A stretch of DNA of 64,000 nucleotides from Raillietiella orientalis (taxonomy: Eukaryota), in the NCBI GenBank assembly GCA_036172245.1, contig JAYWIR010000064.1:434001-498000 (forward strand). The letters are read 5' to 3'. This document shows, in pieces, positions 23,401-33,870 of this stretch. Under the pieces are notes generated by a model. The model was not told the DNA's origin and made no database searches. It saw only the letters and a program-made list of their open reading frames with translations. Within the stretch, counting starts at the first letter, position 1; every line of letters starts with the position of its first letter. Made by a program: the position numbers and the translations under genes.

Positions 23401-24291
23401 TCACAGGAAAAGAAAACACTGCTTCTGGAACTCGTGAAGTTTGTCTTAAGTTACAAACCCCCCCCTGCTGCTGGGAATTTTATATTTGTGATGAAATTCG
23501 TCGGCGCATCTGGTCCCAGCATATTCCTCTGGTCCCAGAACATTTAACTTTAGTACAAGATGCATATCATTTTCAGAATGCCACTTTATTAGTAATGCAG
23601 CATCATTCTCATGGTACTCTTTTGGATGCTATCAATAAGTATCGAAAATTAGGAAGTGGTCTGCCTGAATGTTTAGCCATGTATTTCACTGGGCAATTGC
23701 TGAAGGCACTTAGCCACTTACACAAATGTCAAATCATTCATGGTGACATTAAACCAGATAATCTCATGGTTGTACTGTAAGTGGTATCTCATCAAAAATA
23801 AAATTAATTAGCTATTGTTTCCATTTAGCTGTCATAATCTACCTACAGATCTCCTTAGTTTTTGTTCTCCATGTCTCACGCTCATAGACTTTGGTCATGC
23901 TATTGATATGAAGTTATTCCCTCCAGGAACTAGTTTCATTCACACAGTGAAAACAGACAGTTTCCAGTGTCCAGAAATGCAAGAGCAACAACCCTGGACA
24001 TATCAGCTAGATACGTTTGGGCTGACTGCCACTGCCTATTGTATGCTTCGTGGATGTTATATGACTTTTTTTAAGCAAAAAGGAAAATGGACCACTCAAG
24101 GTTTTCGAAGACAATATAATCAATTCTGGACAATGTTTTTTGACATGATGCTGAATATTCCTTCTTGTAATGAGCTCCCCAATTTGGATGATTTACTAGA
24201 AAATCTCAAGAATGTTTTGGTGCAATCTAAGATGATAGATGTATTGCCAACTCAACTGCTAGAATTTTGCCAGCAGATTCGCTCTAAGTAA
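20405..24291 (+). CDS. BUB1: Spindle checkpoint kinase Bub1/BubR1-type (MadBub), 12 exons, duplicated TPR domain
   Basis: Exons 20405-20511, 20560-20755, 20872-21065, 21116-21317, 21384-21580, 21625-21769, 21815-22477, 22518-22751, 22798-22925, 22971-23305, 23347-23776, 23829-24291. Motifs: N-terminal KEN (DKENIPP), TPR x2, ABBA-like LQVFQD, GLEBS-like YSLEEIQSQKY, second KEN (FKENKPP), LASTP, LxxIxE (LSVITE), and kinase VCLK / WEFYI / HGDIKPDN / DFG. Confidence 0.92.
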
Positions 24292-24330
24292 ATATCCATT
24301 AACTTAAGTATACCTGTAAATAAATTTTCT

Positions 24331-25648
24331 TCATGCCAAGAAAACCACAAATATTATAAAAAAGAATATTAAAACTGCAAAAATTTTGACCATGAGCCAT
24401 CGATTATTTGTAATGGAACGGAAGTACTTGAGTATCTCAGCATGAGCAGCTTCTATGTTCATTGAAGTATCATCGATATTATGATCAATTCTGAGTCATT
24501 AGTGCTAACATTCATTCATTTGCTACCACTTACCTATAAACCATCTCCTCCTGTTCTTTAACCATAAAAGCCAACTGTTGAAAGATACCACCTAGTTCAA
24601 CAATGGTGGATTCAATATTCTGTACTGTTTCCATGCGTGTTTGCAAGTCAACTTCCTATTAGGATTTCTTGTAATTTTAAAACTAATGTCCACACTAACC
24701 TGTTCTTCCAGCTGTAATTGTTTTTGATACTGATTGTCAATATTTATGGAAACATCTGAATTACCAGCATGCTGATCATCTGCTAATAAAACTGATCCTG
24801 AATGATATCCAGCAAGAGCAGAAGGAGGCAAATTAGAAGAGATTCGACCTTGTGTAAAATGGTCTTGACGATTTTTTTGATGTTTTAAATTCTTAGTACA
24901 TTTACAATTAAACTTATCTAAAATGTTGCACAATACCTCTGTTCTCACTTCCAGAACATGTTTAAAATCATTGGACATGGATGCTAGTTTAGTTTGCAAG
25001 GAAACTAATACACTATTCGAATGAGTATGTATGTGTCTGTGCTGCCTTTCCGATGTCGGTCTATATAAATCCTGGAGTTTTGCGATTTGTTGATTCAAAT
25101 TGTTTAAATCTTGTTTAATTATAAAGGTAAGTTCCTGAATTTCCTTCTGTTTGTCATCAAATAAAGATTTCCTTTTTGCCACTATAAACAGAAATTATAA
25201 CTACATTATACTGTTACATCCACATGTATAGAGCTTACACAACGTAAGTTTCTCGAGTTTAACGTACGTATTGCTAATATCACAGCCAATTAACCTAAAA
25301 GACATGCAGTTTAGAAACTTCTAACAACATTACCCAGCCAATTTAAAAACAACTTAGTTACTTGGCAATTTCCATGAATTTTGAGTACTGGCGTAACCGT
25401 TTTACAGTTTTTGTCTCTCTCAAAGAAACCAATCCATTTGTAGCTCTTCCTTGTAAAGATTTCACAGCTGACATAAATTCTTTAGTCCTATCTCTACACG
25501 TCATCTTGATTACTTCGAAATGCACCAAGTTGTTTAACTGCCTCGAATTTTCATCGTGATATGTTGCATCGAAGAAATTGAAGTGCTTGTGATTATCCAC
25601 GTATTCATGATCAGATTCTGAGACTCCTCGTTTTCTTAATCCATTCAT
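24331..25648 (-). CDS. STX5: Syntaxin-5 (6 exons)
   Basis: Exons 25648-25362, 25294-25239, 25181-24937, 24891-24700, 24655-24534, 24490-24331. Motifs MTCRDRTKEF, LAKRKSLFDD, SNARE segment QNIESTIVELGGIFQQLA, and C-terminal TM ending IFVVFLA*. Confidence 0.95.
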
Positions 25649-26479
25649 TACATTTCTAACACGAAACTAGTCTACTATTCACTCTACCTATGAACATTCC
25701 AGTAATGATTGTCACCGAAGGTTTGTTTTCATTTAAGAAAGTTCAACTAAACCTCTTGCAAACAAACAGGTAATAACACATCTCAAAGGTTCCATCTGCA
25801 ACTTCGCTTATTGCCAACTCTATACTACAGCATTGCCGACTTCAAACGAATAATATCCCGATTAGTGAAATATAAATCACTAATGAAACCTAATTACTTT
25901 TCGATCAAATTTCTGTAATCCCTAGGTCCATAGAAGTTCCTTGCTCATCGAAAATGTTAAAAATACTTGTTAAAAATTATGCCGTTCCTAATAGTTCGCC
26001 GTAAATTCAAAATTCTTCATCTTTACTGTCCGTAGGAAATACAGCTTTGATTGCACTGATATCCTTAAATTCCAGAATTCTATGTTCAGTTACTTATTGA
26101 TTGAGATTGCTTATCCATATTCGAACTAATTTTAAACACTTTTCCACTGGACAACTTTTCAAATGAAATTTCCTATTAGATTTTTTTTTATAATTCTCAA
26201 GTGAATCATAGTAGCATGCTACAAATTTTTCAACGCATAACTTGCATTTTGGATTGAAAAACTAAGATTTAGTATTATTATTATGAATAGCATATGTTCT
26301 GTTTTATAATCATCTTATTTTATACTTGTGATTTTTATCGCCAGTCGTTAATGTGAGAGAGATGATACAAGTGAATCTCTTATTGCTATGAAGTATTCCC
26401 TAATAAAAACTTTCATAAAGAGCTAGAATGCTGTAAATACGTATTCTTTTGAATAAACATGAAATTCTTATCTACTCAG

Positions 26480-28300
26480 ATTATATTCGCAGAATCAACT
26501 AAGCAGCTTAGGTGCTTTCCTATTATTCAAGGAAATATTAATCATTAACTTTCAGGAAGCTTGGAACTCAGAACTACTTATATTTATTGAAAAAGTGGAA
26601 TTCAAGAGCTTTTCAAAGTTAACGCAAGGCCAGAGACTATGGATGGAGACCACGTAGATAATCAGCACAAATTTCGGAATTCAAATGAACAGCAGGAAGT
26701 CCAAAAACTTATTTAAGTATTGGACGGTTATAATTTACATTAGAAAATCTAAAATCACATTAAACTGGAGGGATGAGGTGTTATTTCTCAATATTCGAGT
26801 CATGTGGAAGATTGAGTAATTTACTGCATTTCTTTTGGAATCTTATTTCAGTTACATTGAGATGCTGTGTAGAAAATACTGATATGGTTACAAGTAAAAC
26901 AGAATTTTGAAAAGAACCTCCCGCAAAGTACCATCGACCATTCTTGCTTGTTTCTTGCCTTTCCTTTTCTGGAAGATTTTTCTCTAAGATTAATGTGATT
27001 TTAAGAATTTCTAACATCCGAATCAGAATCTCTCCTTTTTTCCGTCTTAACATCATATTTTGAAACAAAGTACAATTTCGTATATGTGATCATCTATACT
27101 TTACTGAAGTACTGAGGATTTTGATGTATATATAATTTTATTTTCATTATACTTTATTATGTTGAGGAGCAAGTATCGATTCAACGGTTACATCGAATTT
27201 ACTTCATCTCCTTAGTGTTCCATTAGTTATTTCACGCTTATTTGATACTCTTTTCTAAAATGTTGTACAAACTTGGTTCGATGATCAGCAGGGTGTTTGA
27301 ATTTTAATCGTCTGCTTGTTTGACACCTGATTGTTATTTCCGGAAACGCTGTGGATAGATCTTCGTACTCGAATAGAGAAACATCAAACTTCGGAAACCT
27401 TAATCTATTGCAAAATACTTATAACCACTATTATAAGCTATTAATGCACACTTTAATTCATTTCCAGCAAGTATAAAGCTCGACTATATCGCGTTGACTA
27501 TGAATTGATATCATGTACATCACATCGCCACTAATGTCTTGTACATAGTACCTCTGCTTAATTTTAGGTTTGTTTGGGTAAAGGATTATATATTAGAGGA
27601 TGCAAATGCTCTGCACAAATTTGAAAGACATGTGGAATGGAATATCTAATTTGCGCACAACAAATCCTATTTTTCCCGTTTTTTTCAGGCTACAGCGACT
27701 TCACGAGGGGATAGCTACTATTGGTCTAGGATGATGGAAATTCTTTTTGTTCTCTATTTCTCTGCATAAAAATAAAAGGAAAACTAAAAAAGCAAGTCAT
27801 TCTTTAGAACACTTGCTCGCTTTCTGAAGAAAATATTTTTCCAGATAGAATGCATTTAGGAGTGCTTTGTTTCTATAGATGTTGTTTAGATCGATATGGA
27901 TACTTCAACAGAAAAAATAATAGTTCCAGCTATTGCTACCTTATACATTTGGGGTTTTGAAGATTTTTGTGCAGGAAATCATTACCGTTTTATAGAATCT
28001 GAATAGGATTTTTCTTTGTGACAACTATCACCTCTAGAATCAGGGATTAGGATCTGAGAAGAAGACACGAAGATTTCAGTCATAGGATAAACATTTCTAT
28101 AGTTACACTGACATTACACTGTCATCTTGGCTAGTATCCAGATTTGTCGAAAACAAAATTCCTATTTGAATTATTCAAACTTTTGTGTTGGGATATTACC
28201 ATAATTATTGTATGAACATTTTTCTCGGCTGCAAATTTTTATGCATTTTTTCTGAGAAAATTTAATGAAAACACATTTCAATATTCCATATAATGGAATA
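26480..28300 (+). pseudogene. Possible decayed multi-exon gene, unidentified
   Basis: Protein-like broken frames between short intron-like segments with acceptors (...TTTCAG, ...TTTTAG): KLGTQNYLYLLKKW, SNLLHLLSVPLVISRLFD, ETLWIDLRTRIEKH, KYKARLYRVDYELI, FVWVKDYILEDANALHKFERHVEW. Many stops. Confidence 0.25.
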
Positions 28301-29997
28301 GCTATTGTCCAGTTTTCTTATAACCGCAATTCCTATCTAATGATCGAACATGGAGAGGTGCGACAATGTCCATCATTGGGCACTTAATTTCCTATGCTTT
28401 GAATCGAAATTTTCATCACGACCGAATCACTTTGCCTGATTGATTACAATCGGACTTAGACATATTGTTTGCTCATTAATGCAGATTGAATGATCTTTCT
28501 CATTTGCTGAATCACACATGAAATTTCTACGATTTTGAAACCTATTCTTGTAGCACGAAGATTTGGATTTACAAATGCTAAAACCAAATTTCAAATTTTC
28601 AATTGAGGGACAAAAAAAGGAAAAACAAAACAAATCATATTTAGCAGAAAAATTTACAAAAAGAAAAGATTACTATCAGATGAATATCAGAGCAGCAGAG
28701 TCTTACAAAAGAAAAAATTGATTGCAAGTAAGTGTATACTCATTTGTACGGTAACAGTGAAAATGAGATCAAAGTACTAAACAACTATGTAGGCTGCTAT
28801 CGATTTACTCGGGAAAATGAAAAATAAATGGACCATCAGTGTACATGAGTTGATAAAATTAATTTTTTTGTATAAAATTTTATTTGTGGAACAGAAAAAC
28901 TATCTCGGATATGATAAATTTCGCTAAGTTGAATGGATGTTAATCCAGTCTTATTGTATTTGCAAACAAATAAAAAGGTGGATTTTCACGGATTTATCGA
29001 TGTCTTTTCTTTTAACTATGTTTAGTGATCAAATGATCAGAAAGGTAATTTAAAACAGTAACTGAAATGATAAGTGCCTACCAATTAATATACTTAGACT
29101 ATAATTTCGTAGGCATATTAATATACGTAGTTTGTTATAACATCGAATATTCAAGTACATCAATACAAAATCAGCATTCGAAGTTCAAGGAGGTTAGTAT
29201 ACTCGACAACATTGGAGTTTTCTGAGGATGGAGTTTCTCATTCTTCTTTTATATTTTTCTCATAACTTCTGTGTTTATTAATTTCTTTATTGCTGAAAAA
29301 TTTTCATACAGAAAAAAAGAATCCATTGTTGTCTTTTCAAAAAGTTGAAGCAAGTTAAGATAGGATCATTTTATTGAAATGAGGAACTGTTTCAATGTAC
29401 AAGAAAGGAAAAAAATCAAGGACTTGGTCCACAAACAGTTTTGAACTAGTATTACATAAAAGCAATTATTTTCTGAATTGAAAGCTAATCAATCAAAGTA
29501 ATTATTTTCCTTCTAGTCACTGTTACTGAATAATAGTTGAATGCATGGGTTTAATAACTTTTATATTAGCAAGTATGATTTGCAGTTGGTTATTAAAAAC
29601 GAATAAGAATATAAAATAAAATTTCAAGAAATTCATGCCGATGATCTTTAAATTGGATAATCTACTGACAAAATTTTCACATATTAATATTTTCACATAT
29701 GCATTTTACTATTCGCAAAAATTCTGTGATTCACAAAGCTGCACAAAATTTTTACTAGCAACTCATTTTTATCTTAATTACTTGTTGAATGTCTTCATAA
29801 TATCTAAACATTGTATAGAAAACTTTTTTCAGCATCAGTGGATTGGAATCTCTTGCAAACATTTTCCTTTGATTGTGTGATTTGTTATTAAGATATGGTA
29901 AAACCTTTAACAATCTGAGGAAGTGGAATAAAATGTATCGTCAATTGGCATCCATGATACTAATGTGACTTCGAGGCCATCACAGTTCACGTCGACA

Positions 29998-31056
29998 ATG
30001 AGTACCGCAACAGCGAAAACTAATCGCTCTGTTTCAGTTAAAGATGTTGATCAGCATCAGTTTGTAAAAGCTTTTGCAGCATTTTTGAAAAAGTAAGTTA
30101 CAAAGTGTGCCTGCTGTTTATCACATGTGTTTGTTAGGTCTGGTAAAATCAAAGTGCCAGATTGGGTAGATATAGTTAAAACTGGAAAATGCAAGGAGTT
30201 AGCCCCATATGAAGAAGATTGGTTTTATACTCGGGTGGCATCATTGGCCCGGCATATTTACCTAAGAGCTCCTGTAGGTGTGGGATCAGTAATGAAAATT
30301 TATGGAGGTATCGTTGACTTTTACCTGTATTTGTTGTTTCTTTCTGTGTTTCATTATAATGTCCAATCCTGTATGTAGTTATGTTCTATAATGCTTAAAT
30401 TGCCTGTATATACCAAACATATCGTCCAAGGATTTAGTAACATCCTATGGTTACTGGCAAGTAGTTTGTTTATAGCTGAATAACTAGGTTTCTTGGTTTT
30501 GATGTGATCGCAGTTTGATTTTTTAGAAAAATATTAAATCAGAAGTTAAATTAACCTTACGGTATTGTTGTTGTGTGTATAAAACTATTTCAAATTTGAA
30601 ACGTTCCAAGTATGAAGTGTGCTGCAAACAAACGTTTTGTCAGTCCTTACTAGATTAACATATGTGTTTGCTAAGAGTTTTCTTCCATGAGCTGCCTAAA
30701 AAAGAAAATCTTGGTCAGTTTTCATGTAGTTTGATTTGAACCGGATTATATCTCAAGCCATTGTAGTACCAAAACAATACAAATGAACTATGCAATTTGC
30801 AGCATGTTATCAAAATCCTTGTTTTAAAAACAAGATAATGATTACTTTACATAATTTAGGTCGCAAACGGAATGGAGTTTGTCCATCACATTTTTGCCTT
30901 GGATCTGGATCTATTGCCAGAAAATCTCTGCAGATACTGGAACATTTGAAATTGGTAGAGAAAGATCCTGACAACTGTGGCAGGCGATTAACTGCTCAAG
31001 GACGTCGAGATTTAGACAGAATTGCCGCTCAAGTTAAATTGAAGAAACAAAAATAA
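29998..31056 (+). CDS. RPS19: 40S ribosomal protein S19 (eS19), 3 coding exons
   Basis: Exons 29998-30092, 30138-30307, 30860-31056: [36 protein letters not shown]...[14 protein letters not shown]...[14 protein letters not shown]...[12 protein letters not shown]. Confidence 0.97.
30645..30779 (+). ncRNA. Candidate intronic H/ACA snoRNA in RPS19 intron 2
   Basis: H-box-like AGAAAA (30703-30708), hairpin closed by TTGGT/ACCAA (30711-30772), ACA at 30774-30776 about 80 nt before the 3' splice site. The 5' hairpin is poorly defined. Confidence 0.35.
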
Positions 31057-33339
31057 AATTTACTACACTCAGTATAATGCTATCAAGGTTACATGTTTTC
31101 AAAGGAAAAAAAAAGAAAATTTTGGCTTCTAAAATTCAACTTGATTATTCTTCAAGCATGTTTGCTTGAAGAATTAAAAAAAACAATATTGGTAGTGGTT
31201 TATTTTGCCATGAACATTATATATGCCTCAGCTTTCAGCTTGCTTCTTATTGTGAGAGGAGCAATCATAGCACTGAACATTAATATCAATGGTAGGTGAA
31301 GCAATGCATTTAATCACAACTAACCTGGCTACAAAGTAGTCTTTCAAGTATTTTTTTGGCATTAACAAGCTGTGAACAATTTGTGATTCTGATGTGCTTT
31401 TGATTTTTTTGATCTGGCATGTGGATACCAGTTAAGAAGTTAATTCTGTGGAATTTAATATTTGATTGGAAAAACTTCATTGTTATGTAAAGTGTTTTCT
31501 TCTATGTTCTCCCTGGGATTCAGGTTCTCTCTTTTAGCATTCTTTATGTTTATCACATAAGTAAAACTTACTGCATCTACATTATCTTCCTCAGCAATCT
31601 GCATCAATAACAGAGTACTTGTGAATATTTGTGCTTAGTCATGGAATTTAACAAGCATGTTTATGGTTGTTTGTGTTTATGCCTCACTGTTTTTTTGATT
31701 ATTAAAGATGATCATTGTACTTCAGCATAGCTTAAACCTCTTCATGTGCATTGCTGGAATTAAATTGAAAGTCAAAGTTTCCAGCTTTTTCTTATAGTTT
31801 GATTCTAGAGCTTCATTTAAACTTGGAATTTTTTATGGATGCAATTGGAAAAATTAAGTTCATTAGAGGACAGTGGTCATCTATCATGGGAAGAATCATT
31901 TTTTCGTACAAATATTGAAATAAGTTTGCAGGAGTTCAGTGTCTGTTGCATGAAGCAGTAAGCAGAGTGCACTACAATTGCAAGCCTCTGAAAAAATCTA
32001 TGGTTACTGAATTCATTACAGTTGAGTTTTAGTAAAGTTTCTTGCTCAAGCAACGAATTTTAGAGTTGAAGTGTTAAAAAATCTGTTGTAAAATTGGCAC
32101 GACTCTTTAATGCTGTAAGTTTTATGCAAAGTTTTCTTACAGCAAATATAAGTTTTATAGTGGGAACGATACGAAAGACCTGCCGAAAAACTTCAGTCAC
32201 TTCTGTGCTCGGAAAAACAAAACTAAAGTAAACTATAAAAACCAACACTACTTTTTTTTACTACAATCAAAGTTATGTGTGATACTACAGGCCCAGAGTT
32301 AAACATTATTTGATGTTTAACCCGCCTGCTCATTAAGTTACGGGAGTCGATAAAAAAAAAGACTATCGCTGTCTGCCGAACAAAGCACAGGTGAACATTT
32401 TGTTTAGAATCTTACTGAGTATGTGTTCAGACGGAGGGGATGCTGAAGGATTTTTATGCAGGACTACGATTCCTGGAAGTTCACCGTACATCCTCAAGCT
32501 TTGTGTCGTTCAAGTTGGAAACAAATGTGGTCTTTTTGCCAACTTGAAAGTGAGCTAAACAGAAACAAGAATCGGTCACAGATCTGTTGAAACTGGCAAT
32601 TTGTGTGAAAAGTGATGCGAACATACCGATACGATTAAGGGCGTAATTGGGGTGTACGAAAAGTGTTGGTTTGCCAGGTGCAAATGTCGAGTCGATTCTT
32701 GTAAGATGGCAATGCTGTTATGAATAACCGTTCCAATTACTTGGAATACGTCTTTGTAGCTTAAGGATAGGACTGCAAGGGTGCGCCAGGCATTTCGTCG
32801 TCTTGCATGAACGCTTTTTTATAAAGTTCTGTGGTGCTCTCTGTATCGGAGAATTCGAAAAAAGCTTTGGTAGTTTTTCTTCTCTCATTTCTTGCTTGCT
32901 CATTTGAGTACTGGTGTTTGGAGTTTTCGATGCATTCGAATTACATTGGAAAACGCTGATGGGATTGTAATTTTAATGGAACGTGCCAACCTAATTTACA
33001 AGCAGCAAAAGTAGACCGAGAACAGACCTAGTAGTTGTAGGGTATTGCAGACGTAGAAAACGCACCGTAGGGAGCGACGCCCTATGGATTTGCAAATTAG
33101 CGGTTTTCGAGACCGACAGTTTGGAAATTCCCAAATTTGATTACCTGAAAGTCATGTTTATTCCATGAAAAGCTTCGAAAGAATTGTTTCCCATGGTCGT
33201 ACTTTAATGCCCAAATGAAGCTGCACACCATTCACATTCTCAACAACATTATGCTTGAACAATTTCTCCGAATAAACATCAGCTCTGTAGTATTCGTATG
33301 ATAGCTTTGCATCAAAGACAAACGGTATTTATCACATTT

Positions 33340-33870
33340 ATCATTCTAATTTTTTACAAAATTAGATAATGAAGTCTATAAATATTGTTTTTCGTGGAGG
33401 AACACTTGGTTCTACCACGCTGGAGGACTTGTCGTGAGGCGGTGCTGAGACCGGCGAGGTCCTCTCCCGAGGCACAGGGGAAGGGGAAACTGAAACAAAA
33501 AGAGAAAGAACGGGGAGGGGAATAGTTTTATGGGGGAGTGGAGGGCAGGGATGGGATCACTGGGCGCCTGGATCGGTCCTCTGCATCCTATCCAGGATGC
33601 TGACAAGTTCTGCTTTGATGCTGGGTGGTAGACGCCACCTTGTCGCCGTCTCCAAAGAGATCGTCGTCCAGCGGATGGCGTCCCTGCTTCGTTGGCCTCT
33701 TCTTCTAGCGTTCCACCTTTCCACGTTGCCGCGCAAGCAGCAGAGGACCGCTAGAGACGCAGCGGGGCGTAGGCCGTCACGCAGAAAGAGGCGTCTGTAA
33801 ATGACCTTAGGGTCGCCAACTGGAAGAAGGAGGATTGGGGAAAGTCGACTCCAAAGACAAACAGAAACGA
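33340..33870 (-). mobile_element. 5'-truncated LINE 3' end, same family as 9590-10470
   Basis: LWSRLSPILLLPVGDPKVIYRRLFLRDGLRPAASLAVLCCLRG aligns with LWRRLASALRRPQGTATSLLRLFFTKDGLKKGTVIATICCIRA. Followed by a pyrimidine-rich 3'UTR. Confidence 0.7.
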
